DNA from: Candidatus Nealsonbacteria bacterium
GTDB lineage: Bacteria; Patescibacteriota; Minisyncoccia; Minisyncoccales; JANBVM01
Direction of reading: 5' to 3'
Length of the DNA: 64,000 nucleotides
Assembly (NCBI GenBank): GCA_047456295.1
Contig: CP179887.1
Span: 367,159-431,158, forward strand
Of the stretch, positions 37,529 to 45,797 are shown one piece after another (the stretch's first letter is position 1; every line of letters begins with the position of its first letter). The notes beneath the pieces were generated by a model. That model ran no database searches. It saw only the letters and a program-made list of their open reading frames with translations, and had not been told where the DNA came from. The position numbers and the translations under genes were made by a program.

Positions 37529-39196
37529 TTATCTAACAACCCCCATTTGATTAGTTATGGTTGGATCATCTGGCAGGGTTGTGTTTATTGCTGGCGCCAA
37601 GGCCTCAATCGTTGTTTCTGTCCAGCTGTCTTCTCCTGTTATTCTTGCCTCTCTAATAATTTCAGCGGTTTGATGTCTCTGATAACTGAAGGGAGTAAAA
37701 GCAACCTGGAAAGCAAGGGTTAAACCCTGTTTAGAAATACCCGTCCCTTTTTGCAAATCCCCCACTGACCAGACAATTTCTCTTGACTGGGAATCAAAGG
37801 TGAATCTTGAAATCTCTTGTTCAGGAAAAATCTCTCCGGTTAATTCTACATTCTGTGGCATGACAGCTTTTACTTTTGCATTTCTCACATCAGAATAATA
37901 GTTTTTCACCTGCCACATTATGGTATAAGTGGTGGTATCTCCCACTGCTGGCGGAACAGGTCCTGAATTTCCAAAAACCTCATCCTGGAAATATCCTTTT
38001 TGAATTATTTCCATTTTTGAACTGATCCTGGTAATAAACTCTTCTTTTGCCTCTCCAATAAATATCTTATTCCTCAAGATAGAATTTTTAACATTTCCCA
38101 GATCATCCTTTAATTTTATCCAGAATTCAACCTTTCCTTCTTCCAAAGGAATCAAATATTGCAGTTTAGAAACCTTTCTCCAGTCAAAAACCACAGAACT
38201 GTCTCCTGCTTGATAATTGCCTAAATCTGATTTAATTGTCTCAAAATCAAAAGCTTCTCCCTCGAGATTGTTAACCATGAATAAATTATTTAAACTCTCC
38301 TCTCCTATGTTTTTAAAGTAGATTTCATAATGCAGCCAGTCACCTGGCAGAGCCATGTGTTGGGGATTTCCGTTAATCTCCTGCCTGAGATAAAGGAAGG
38401 GTCTTACAATCTCCACCCCTTTGACAATTTCTTTTAATAAAATGAATTCATCTTGCTTCCAAACCCCTAATTTAGCCTTAAACACCCTGGCTTCTCCCAC
38501 TTCTCCTGAGAGTTTGCCGGTAATCTCAATCCTTCCTCCTTCTGATTTATTTAAAACAGGGATATCCCATTCTGTCTTCTCAATAGATTTGGGAAGAGAG
38601 TTAATAAATTCAAAACTAAAAGGATACTCAATCTGACACCTCAGGTCGGTTAAAAGATAATCTGCATTGGAAAAGTAGTTTATTCTGAAAATAAAATCTT
38701 TACCTCCAGCTACCTTGGAAGGCAAGTCAAACTCAAGAGTCAGGGGAACTGATTTTATCTGGCTGGTAAAACTGGAAGAGGATTCATATTGGGCTTTTAA
38801 ATCCTTTGGCTGATAGGTTAAGGAAACCCTGGCTATCTTTATTTCATCTTGCTTTCCCAATATTGTCATTTTGAAAGAAAAAGTCTTTTCCTCTCCAGGA
38901 TAAATCGCCTCTCCCAACTTCTCTGGTCCCAGAACCTGTCTTTCAAATATCTCTCCTTCTTTAAAAGAGTATTCCGGCGGCTCAAAGATAAGCTCTGGAT
39001 TATCCAGACGGAAGTTACCGTTGTTTTTATATCTGACAATATATTCCACTTCCTGACCAAGGGTAATCTCAGAGAGGCCTAAAATCTCTAATCTTAATAT
39101 CTCCTTTGAATAAATATTGCTCTGCCACCTCCAAATAAAACCAGCTATCCCGGCAACAAGGAGCAAAATAATTAAAAAACTAAAAAACTTGTTCAT
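37529..39196 (-). CDS. Hypothetical membrane-anchored protein with repeated beta-sandwich-like modules (555 aa)
   Basis: N-terminal TM (FFSFLIILLLVAGIAGFIW). Four segments show the G-x-V/L-x-Y-x-I-x-hydrophobic-x-N motif (GQEVEYIVRYKNNG, DFIFRINYFSN, GDWLHYEIYFKNIG, GDTTTYTIMWQVKN), reminiscent of DUF11/CARDB-type repeats. Confidence 0.6.
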   Translation of the reverse strand: MNKFFSFLIILLLVAGIAGFIWRWQSNIYSKEILRLEILGLSEITLGQEVEYIVRYKNNGNFRLDNPELIFEPPEYSFKEGEIFERQVLGPEKLGEAIYPGEEKTFSFKMTILGKQDEIKIARVSLTYQPKDLKAQYESSSSFTSQIKSVPLTLEFDLPSKVAGGKDFIFRINYFSNADYLLTDLRCQIEYPFSFEFINSLPKSIEKTEWDIPVLNKSEGGRIEITGKLSGEVGEARVFKAKLGVWKQDEFILLKEIVKGVEIVRPFLYLRQEINGNPQHMALPGDWLHYEIYFKNIGEESLNNLFMVNNLEGEAFDFETIKSDLGNYQAGDSSVVFDWRKVSKLQYLIPLEEGKVEFWIKLKDDLGNVKNSILRNKIFIGEAKEEFITRISSKMEIIQKGYFQDEVFGNSGPVPPAVGDTTTYTIMWQVKNYYSDVRNAKVKAVMPQNVELTGEIFPEQEISRFTFDSQSREIVWSVGDLQKGTGISKQGLTLAFQVAFTPFSYQRHQTAEIIREARITGEDSWTETTIEALAPAINTTLPDDPTITNQMGVVR

Positions 39197-39942
39197 ATGT
39201 TCAGTGTATCAAATTGACCGGTTCTCTCCAAAATAAAGGATAGATAGTCTTTTGATATCTGTTCTAATAATTTATAATGTTTATCTTCAATCTTTAACCT
39301 GGGCATAATGTTTTTATCCTTGTTTAAAATAATCCTCAATATCTTTACCGTATCAGGATCAATCTCTTTGCCAAAACCCTGTTTTGAAAAGCAAGACTGG
39401 CAGATTACTCCTCCTTCCTTCTGGCTGAAATACAGTTTTTCCGGTCTTAACTTTTCCCGGCACACAGGACATTGGTAAAATTCAGGACCGTAACCTAAGA
39501 TAGAGAGGAGATTCCAAAAAAAATAATGATAAATTAATTTTGGGTTTTTGATTCCCAGCTTACCGCTATTTAATTCTTCAAAAGCCTCTTTTAATAAATT
39601 CCAGATTCTCTCCTCTTTCTCCTGCCCCTGAATCAAACCATCTAAAACTTCTGAAATATTATATGCAATGGTTAATCTTTCCAAATCTTTTCTTAAATCT
39701 TTAAATTTCTCTATCAATATGGCGTCGGTAAGGGTTTTGTAGGCTTTACCCTGAATAAACTCAATTTCTGATAAATAAAAAATTTCCATTCCCGACCTAA
39801 GCTTTGAAGATATCTTCCGTATGGCTTTTCCCAAAATCTCTAACTTCCCGAAATCTTTTGTGTAAACAATAAATAGCTGGTCAGCTTCTTTTCTATCAAG
39901 TTTTTTTAAAATAATTCCTTTAGTCCGGTAATGAATAAACAT
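39193..39942 (-). CDS. recO: DNA repair protein RecO
   Basis: N-terminal OB-fold region and zinc-finger CPVC...CQSC; typical length. Confidence 0.85.
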   Translation of the reverse strand: MFIHYRTKGIILKKLDRKEADQLFIVYTKDFGKLEILGKAIRKISSKLRSGMEIFYLSEIEFIQGKAYKTLTDAILIEKFKDLRKDLERLTIAYNISEVLDGLIQGQEKEERIWNLLKEAFEELNSGKLGIKNPKLIYHYFFWNLLSILGYGPEFYQCPVCREKLRPEKLYFSQKEGGVICQSCFSKQGFGKEIDPDTVKILRIILNKDKNIMPRLKIEDKHYKLLEQISKDYLSFILERTGQFDTLNI

Positions 39943-39950
39943 CTAAATCT

Positions 39951-40358
39951 CTATTTTTTTCTAAAAATCTCTCTCATCAATCTTAACCCTTGCCTTGCCT
40001 TTAGCTGTCCTTTTGCAGTAGGTCCATGGGCTTCTCTCCTTAATTCTTTTAACACCTTCCTTTCTTCTCCTTTTTTAATGAAATACCTTTTTCCCTTGAA
40101 TCGCTTTTCAAAAAATTCACTTCTTTGCTTCTTTGTCATTCCACCAGTCTTTGTAAAAAGACGGGGGTCTGTAAATTTCCGCTTAAGCTCCTTTTTGGAA
40201 AGAGAACCTTTACCCTTACCCTTCCAAATATCTGTGTCTTTCTTTATATCTGTATCTTTCTTCACTTCAGTTCTTTTTTCTTCTCGACGAGAGGAAGGAA
40301 CTTCAGGTTTTTTTCCTTTCTGGGTGAATTGTTGTTTTTTTTCGCTTAACAAAGACAT
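39951..40358 (-). CDS. Hypothetical highly basic protein (135 aa) with internal KKDTDI tandem repeat
   Basis: Lys/Arg-rich ORF between ileS and recO on the same strand. An 18-nt tandem duplication lies at 40227-40262. Confidence 0.55.
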   Translation of the reverse strand: MSLLSEKKQQFTQKGKKPEVPSSRREEKRTEVKKDTDIKKDTDIWKGKGKGSLSKKELKRKFTDPRLFTKTGGMTKKQRSEFFEKRFKGKRYFIKKGEERKVLKELRREAHGPTAKGQLKARQGLRLMREIFRKK

Positions 40359-40367
40359 AAAATTTAA

Positions 40368-43300
40368 TTAAGATTCTAAATTTTCGACCTTTGAAATTTT
40401 CTTAATGGATAGTTGCAACTTTTCTCCCTCGATATTAACTTCTTTCTTTATTTTGAATTTTCCTCCTTTACCTGACTTTAAATCTTTTGCCCTTGTCCCT
40501 TTTATAATCTTCTCCTTGTTTTTTAACAAGAGCTCAGTTATATGAGAACCTCCATTAAACTGGATTGATATGACATCTCTGGGAGTAAAGCCTGCTTCCT
40601 TTCTCATTTGCTGGAGGTTTCTGAGAATTTCTCTTAATATCCCTTCTTCTTTTAATTCAGGAGTGATTGTTGTATTTAATTTAAGGCTTTTGCCAAAGCT
40701 GATTTTTTTTACATTGACTTCTTTTTTAATCAAATCCAATAAATCTTTCTTATTCTTTAAATCGTAATCTGTGATTGTTAATTCGTTTAATGATTGACGA
40801 GTCTTAATCTTGGCTTTGGATCTTTCAGCTAAAGCTAAAGCTACTATCTTTCTGACTTTTTCCATTTTTTTATTCAAGTTTTTATTAATCAGTTTCTTAT
40901 CTGCTTTCGGCCAATCATCCAGATGAACGCTTCTCACGTTTTTAGTTCCAATCTTTAAATCCTGAATATTTTTATAAACCTCTTCACTTAAAAAAGGAAT
41001 GAAGGGAGCTGTTATCTTGCTTAAGGTTAATAACACAAAACCTAAAACCTCAGAAGCTTCTTTTAATTCTTTCTCTGTTTCTGGTTTCTGAAATCTTTTC
41101 CTTGACCTTCTGATATACCATAAAGAAAGGTTATTAATGACAAAGTTTTCAATTAAACGAGAAGCTGAGGTAATATCGTATTTGTTCAATAAATCCGTTA
41201 CCCCTAAAATTAATTCATTTAATCTGGAAATAATCCATCTGTCTAGAATATTTTTACTCTTTGGTTTTTGCAATTTTGTTTTAAAACGGTCGCTGGCTAT
41301 ATAGATAGCAAAGAATGAAAAACAATTCCAGAAAGTCATGATAAACTTTTTCAGTTTTTCCTCAACATCTTTTTCTGAAAATAATTTCGGGTCGCCGGGT
41401 TGGCTAACGGTATAGAAATACCAACGAACAGCATCTATGCCGTATTTTTCAGCAACATACAAGGGATCCACCACGTTTCCCTTTGATTTGGACATCTTTT
41501 CTCCTTTTTCATCCAGAATATGTCCCAAAGAAATAACATTCTTATAACAGGAACCCTTATTGAGCAAGGTTGAAATGGCCAGCAGGGTATAAAACCAGCC
41601 CCGGGTCTGGTCTACTCCCTCTGAAATAAAGTCTGCTGGAAACTGCTTTTTTTGATTAATTAATTTTTTGTTTTCAAAAGGATAATGGTATTGGGCAAAA
41701 GGCATTGAACCTGCATCAAACCAGCAATCGATTACTTCTGGAACCCTTTCCATTAAATCCCCGCATTTTTCACAGTAAAATTTCACCTTATCAATGTAGG
41801 GCCGGTGAAAATCTAATTCTGCTTTATCATTAAAAGGCATTAAGGTAAATTTTATTTTCCTCAATTCCCCTGTCTTTATCATCTTTTTCTGTAAAAACTC
41901 TCTCACCAATTCTTGCTGGGACAATCCTTTCATTGCTCCTTCCAACATCCACAAAGGATCTCCATGGCTGACAATTAAAATGGTTTTGTCTTTATATTTC
42001 TTATCAATATCCCTTATAAACCTGAGTGTCCTTTTTCTGCAATTCAGCCAGGTTTCCCCACCATCTGGTTTTCTATAAAACCTTTCCTTTGCATTGTTGA
42101 AATCGCTATAAAATTCATCTTTTGATTTTCCGTGATAAACTCCCAAATTCACGTCTCTAAGCCTTTTGTCAAACTTCACCTTAAGATGAAGTTCTTTATT
42201 AATAATTTCTGTGGTTTGTTTGGTCCTGAGATAATCTGAAGAAAAAATTAAATCAATGTTAGTTTTTTTCAGCCTTGGTATTAAAGCTTTTATTTGGCTT
42301 TTTCCTTTCTTGGTCAATTCCACAGAAAGTTTTTGTGAATGGGGGTAAACTATTTTTTTTAGTTTGGTCTGGTGAATTGTTTCTCCATGCCGCAAAATAA
42401 AGTATCTGTTGCTGCTGTATTTTTGTTCTGAGAGATCTTTTTTGCTGCCAATCATTTCCAGGTTCCGACACCCCCTACACTCCCAGACAGGCAAAGGGGT
42501 TCCCCAATACCTTTCCCTGGAAAGGGCCCAGTCTTTTACCTCTCTCAGCCATTCTCCGAACCTGCCCTCTTTCAGGTAAGCTGGAACCCAGTTGATTCTT
42601 TTATTATTCCTAATCAAGTCTTTTCTAACTTTCCTCATCCTGATAAACCAGCTCTTTTTTGCATAATAAAGCAAGGGATTTTTACATCTCCAGCAAAAAG
42701 GATAATCATGTTCATATAATTCTTCTTTAAATAAAAGATTTCTTTGTTTTAAATCTTTAATTATTAAGGGGTCAGCGTCCTTGAAAAACATTCCTGCCCA
42801 TTGTTTAACATCAAGGGTGAATCTTCCTTCTTTATTAATGGTCAATAAAATCGGAATTTCAGGAATCTTTTGAATTTTATGTTTTTTATTCTGGGATTTA
42901 ACTGCCTCCATATCTTCCACCCCAAAAGCAGGGGCAATATGAACAAGACCTGTTCCTTCTTTTAAAGAAACAAAATCACCGGGAATTATCCTGTAAGCAT
43001 TCTTGGAAACCTCATCTGTTGAAGGATAAAGACCCTCATATCTTAAATCAAGCAAATCCTTTCCTTTAAACTCTTCTGCAACCTCTCCTTTAACACCGCA
43101 AGCTGAAACCCTTTGTTTGGCTAATATTAAATATTCATTATTAATCTTTACCTTCACATAAGTAAAATCAGGATTTAAGGCAATAGCCACGTTTCCTGAC
43201 AATGTCCAGGGGGTTGTTGTCCAAACCAATAAATAGGAATCTTTGAATTCTAAATTCCTTATTCTGAATTTAATGTAAATGGCAGGTTCTTTTATTTTCT

Positions 43301-43877
43301 TATAACCCTGAGCTACCTCGTGGGTAGAAAGAGAAGTACCGCATCTAGGGCAATAATGAACAACCTTAAAATCCCTGTACAGCAATCCTTTCTTATAAAT
43401 CTCTTTTAAAATCCACCAGACTGATTCTATATAATCTGGATCATAGGTAATGTAAGGATCATCCATATCCAGCCAGAAACCAATTCTCTCTGTTAGTTTC
43501 TCCCAATCCCCTTTGTATTTCCAGACAGAACCTTTACATTTTTTGTTGAATTTTGAAATCCTGTATTTCTCAATGTCTTTTTTTGATTTTAAACCCAGCT
43601 TCTTTTCAACTTGCAGTTCAACGGGCAAACCATGGGTGTCCCAGCCTGCTTTTCTCACAACCCTAAAACCCTGCATTGTTTTGTATCGACAAACAATATC
43701 TTTAAAAACCCTGGTTAAGACGTGGTGAATCCCGGGCTTTCCATTGGCTGTTGGCGGACCCTCATAAAAAACAAAATTAGCCTTTTTCTTTCTTTTTTTC
43801 AGGCTCTTTTTAAATGTTTCATCTTCCTTCCAAAATTTCAGGATTTTATTTTCTAATTTTGGAAAATTAACCTTCAT
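40368..43877 (-). CDS. ileS: Isoleucyl-tRNA synthetase carrying an internal histidine-phosphatase domain
   Basis: HHVLTR (HIGH-type) and KMSKS motifs, CP1 editing domain, zinc knuckles; 1169 aa including an in-frame insert of about 200 aa. Confidence 0.93.
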   Translation of the reverse strand: MKVNFPKLENKILKFWKEDETFKKSLKKRKKKANFVFYEGPPTANGKPGIHHVLTRVFKDIVCRYKTMQGFRVVRKAGWDTHGLPVELQVEKKLGLKSKKDIEKYRISKFNKKCKGSVWKYKGDWEKLTERIGFWLDMDDPYITYDPDYIESVWWILKEIYKKGLLYRDFKVVHYCPRCGTSLSTHEVAQGYKKIKEPAIYIKFRIRNLEFKDSYLLVWTTTPWTLSGNVAIALNPDFTYVKVKINNEYLILAKQRVSACGVKGEVAEEFKGKDLLDLRYEGLYPSTDEVSKNAYRIIPGDFVSLKEGTGLVHIAPAFGVEDMEAVKSQNKKHKIQKIPEIPILLTINKEGRFTLDVKQWAGMFFKDADPLIIKDLKQRNLLFKEELYEHDYPFCWRCKNPLLYYAKKSWFIRMRKVRKDLIRNNKRINWVPAYLKEGRFGEWLREVKDWALSRERYWGTPLPVWECRGCRNLEMIGSKKDLSEQKYSSNRYFILRHGETIHQTKLKKIVYPHSQKLSVELTKKGKSQIKALIPRLKKTNIDLIFSSDYLRTKQTTEIINKELHLKVKFDKRLRDVNLGVYHGKSKDEFYSDFNNAKERFYRKPDGGETWLNCRKRTLRFIRDIDKKYKDKTILIVSHGDPLWMLEGAMKGLSQQELVREFLQKKMIKTGELRKIKFTLMPFNDKAELDFHRPYIDKVKFYCEKCGDLMERVPEVIDCWFDAGSMPFAQYHYPFENKKLINQKKQFPADFISEGVDQTRGWFYTLLAISTLLNKGSCYKNVISLGHILDEKGEKMSKSKGNVVDPLYVAEKYGIDAVRWYFYTVSQPGDPKLFSEKDVEEKLKKFIMTFWNCFSFFAIYIASDRFKTKLQKPKSKNILDRWIISRLNELILGVTDLLNKYDITSASRLIENFVINNLSLWYIRRSRKRFQKPETEKELKEASEVLGFVLLTLSKITAPFIPFLSEEVYKNIQDLKIGTKNVRSVHLDDWPKADKKLINKNLNKKMEKVRKIVALALAERSKAKIKTRQSLNELTITDYDLKNKKDLLDLIKKEVNVKKISFGKSLKLNTTITPELKEEGILREILRNLQQMRKEAGFTPRDVISIQFNGGSHITELLLKNKEKIIKGTRAKDLKSGKGGKFKIKKEVNIEGEKLQLSIKKISKVENLES
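41820..42425 (-). other. Histidine phosphatase superfamily (PGAM-like) domain inserted within IleRS (about residues 486-686)
   Basis: YFILRHGET, LTKKGKSQ, SSDYLRTKQTTEI, DKRLRDVNLGVYHG, PDGGETW, ILIVSHGDP give the full branch-1 catalytic motif set. Flanked by IleRS blocks WECRGCRNLEMIGS and DFHRPYIDKV. Confidence 0.8.
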
Positions 43878-43959
43878 ATATAATTTAGACTATCATTTTT
43901 ATCGGCTCTTTTCAATAAAAACCCTTGAAATAAGGGTTCTTATAATACATTGTTTCTGA

Positions 43960-44448
43960 GTGGGAAAAGGGGTGTTGGGGATTTATGATTCAAACAAGAA
44001 GACCCAACTAGAGTATGAGGGTAAAACATATGATTGGGATGATTATGTAAAGATTCAAAATATAGCTAACCGAGAAACTGTAATTATAGCCAAGATAGAG
44101 AACGATTGGATAAGTAGTGGTTTAATGCCAAAAGAATTTATCGAGACAGAAGAGTTTGAAAAGTCAATTTTGGAAATAAAAAAGCTTTGGGTAAAACATA
44201 ATCCCAAAGCAGAGAAATTATCAGTGATGGAAATATCGCTAGCATTAGAGGAAAGATTAGCAAATTCCCTAGGTGAAGACATTACTTCAGCCCGAAAATG
44301 GTTGAATGTTCAGTTGGAAAGAGCTAAAACTCCCGAGGAAAAGAGAAAATGGAAGGAAAAGTATGAAGAAATCCGAAAAATGAAACTAATTGACAGTATT
44401 AAGAGATTATCAAAAACAGCAAGAGAAATTTATTTAGAAACTGAATAG
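43960..44448 (+). CDS. Hypothetical protein (about 160 aa, helical/charged)
   Basis: Open frame with GTG/TTG candidate starts after GGAAAAGGGG. No family recognised. Confidence 0.5.
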   Translation: MGKGVLGIYDSNKKTQLEYEGKTYDWDDYVKIQNIANRETVIIAKIENDWISSGLMPKEFIETEEFEKSILEIKKLWVKHNPKAEKLSVMEISLALEERLANSLGEDITSARKWLNVQLERAKTPEEKRKWKEKYEEIRKMKLIDSIKRLSKTAREIYLETE

Positions 44449-44451
44449 GGA

Positions 44452-44688
44452 TTAGAAATAGATAATAATATCTATAAAAAAGCGAAAGAACTGGATAAAA
44501 CCAATTATAATTCCTATTATAAGGATTAAAATTCCGATATTTCCTAACCAGTCTTTATATGTTTTGACAGTAAGAGGTATAAATTTTTTAAAAAAAGGTT
44601 TTCCTGCCCAACAATAAATCCCAACGGTAATTAAGATAATGGAAATTAACCCAATTGTTTCTATAAATTGTTTTAATGTGGAGTTCAT
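44452..44688 (-). CDS. Hypothetical small membrane protein (2 TM)
   Basis: Two hydrophobic helices. The ATG at 44688 (MNSTLKQF) is preferred to the TTG at 44718. Confidence 0.45.
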   Translation of the reverse strand: MNSTLKQFIETIGLISIILITVGIYCWAGKPFFKKFIPLTVKTYKDWLGNIGILILIIGIIIGFIQFFRFFIDIIIYF

Positions 44689-44695
44689 AAAAAAA

Positions 44696-45067
44696 CTAAA
44701 ATGGATAAGCAAAACCAAATGTCAATGTACGAATTATATTTAAAATAACGCAAGTTACAAATAAAATTCCAATATATTTTAATAAAGTTTTCCAATTCCG
44801 TTTTTCTTCCCTTTCTTCGTTAAAAACATAATAAGGTAAATAAAATAATCCACCAGAAAAAATAACATCAGAAAAAAAGACAGGAACTAAGAAAGGGGAA
44901 AAGACAAAAAGTAGGGCGCCAGTATATATTGGATGAAGCCAGAAAGCATTAACTAAAAATATAATTCCCGAAATTAAAGAGACAACAAACAAAATTATAA
45001 GAATAATTCCAAGAGGAATTTTAATAACAGAATATCCACTTTTAGGATGAAACCACCATTTCCACAT
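44696..45067 (-). CDS. Hypothetical membrane protein (123 aa, 3-4 TM)
   Basis: Hydrophobic segments throughout; ATG start. Confidence 0.5.
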   Translation of the reverse strand: MWKWWFHPKSGYSVIKIPLGIILIILFVVSLISGIIFLVNAFWLHPIYTGALLFVFSPFLVPVFFSDVIFSGGLFYLPYYVFNEEREEKRNWKTLLKYIGILFVTCVILNIIRTLTFGFAYPF

Positions 45068-45097
45068 TCTTTAATAATAACATAAAAACCCATTGTT

Positions 45098-45127
45098 AAA
45101 CAAACCAAAAGTCCCCTTATGGGGACT
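45098..45127 (-). terminator. Rho-independent terminator downstream of the ACU tRNA
   Basis: Minus strand AGTCCCC-ataa-GGGGACT (perfect 7-bp stem) followed by TTTTGGTTTGTTT. Confidence 0.6.
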
Positions 45128-45266
45128 GATGGCGACGAAGAAGAAAAAGCATAAATTGCTAAATCTTCTGTCAGATAACTCATTGGTTATTTACCAAGAG
45201 TCACATCCTACTGTTTTAATTATAGTAATAATTAAAAAGGTGTGTCAAGTGGATAGACAAGACATA

Positions 45267-45338
45267 TGCCCCCAGAAGGATTTGAACCTTCCCCGACATC
45301 TTAGTAGGATGTAGCTCTGTCCAATAAGCTATGGGGGC
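45267..45338 (-). tRNA. tRNA with anticodon ACU; class I cloverleaf with Arg-like features
   Basis: Acceptor GCCCCCA/TGGGGGC, D arm GCTT-ATTGGACA-GAGC, anticodon arm ACATC-CTACTAA-GATGT, 4-nt variable region, T arm GAAGG-TTCAAAT-CCTTC, discriminator A. Folded by hand. Confidence 0.8.
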
Positions 45339-45351
45339 ATATGCCAACTAC

Positions 45352-45380
45352 ATTTTATCAATCTAAAAAAATTGGGTCAA
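45352..45380 (-). promoter_or_regulatory. Sigma70-like promoter (TTGACC-17 nt-TAAAAT) 13 nt upstream of the ACU tRNA
   Basis: Minus strand TTGACCcaatttttttagattgaTAAAATgtagttggcatat then tRNA G1. It shares the 18-nt string TTTGACCCAATTTTTTT with the nrdD promoter. Confidence 0.55.
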
Positions 45381-45385
45381 ACGAT

Positions 45386-45562
45386 ATGTTAGAACAAAAT
45401 AAAAAAGTAAATTGGACAATCTTTTCTTGGGCAATAGGAATCATCTTTGCTCTGTTTGTTTGGGTATTTGGTGGGATGGCAGCAATCAATGGAAGAATAA
45501 ATCAAGCTAATGGCGATGTTTCAAAAATGGAAAAGGAGATTTTAGAACAGCTTACTAAGTAG
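45386..45562 (+). CDS. Hypothetical small membrane protein (58 aa, 1 TM)
   Basis: MLEQNKKVNWTIFSWAIGIIFALFVWVFGG... The ORF-track start at 45341 would overlap the tRNA and its promoter. Confidence 0.4.
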   Translation: MLEQNKKVNWTIFSWAIGIIFALFVWVFGGMAAINGRINQANGDVSKMEKEILEQLTK

Positions 45563-45757
45563 ATATCTTATAATAATTAAGATTAGTGATACCGTAACCC
45601 AAATTCCAAAATCTTCTGGATTGAACAATATCACGGAAAAAAATCCACCAATAATTATAAGCCAATACATTGCTTCAAGATAGAAGATAAAGTTTTCTTT
45701 AGAAGAATAAGAAATTCTTTCATCATTCCGTCCGACCATATCTGTTAGTTTGCTCAT
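45542..45757 (-). CDS. Hypothetical small membrane protein (71 aa, 2 TM)
   Basis: ATG start and two hydrophobic helices. Its 3' end overlaps the convergent 58-aa ORF by 21 nt. Confidence 0.4.
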   Translation of the reverse strand: MSKLTDMVGRNDERISYSSKENFIFYLEAMYWLIIIGGFFSVILFNPEDFGIWVTVSLILIIIRYLLSKLF

Positions 45758-45797
45758 AATTTAAATATAATAGCACAAATTTTATATATTAGTTCTT

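Noticed and set aside
43921-43939. A perfect 7-bp hairpin AACCCTT-gaaat-AAGGGTT upstream of ileS, considered as a T-box or attenuator leader.
   Set aside because: The ileS upstream region is only about 80 nt, far too short for a T-box, and no specifier or T-box sequence was recognisable. It may simply be a bidirectional terminator or insulator between divergent genes.
45341-45385. The 5' extension of the 73-aa plus-strand ORF starting at 45341.
   Set aside because: This start would lie within 3 nt of the tRNA 5' end and run across the tRNA promoter. The internal ATG at 45386 gives a sensible small TM protein.
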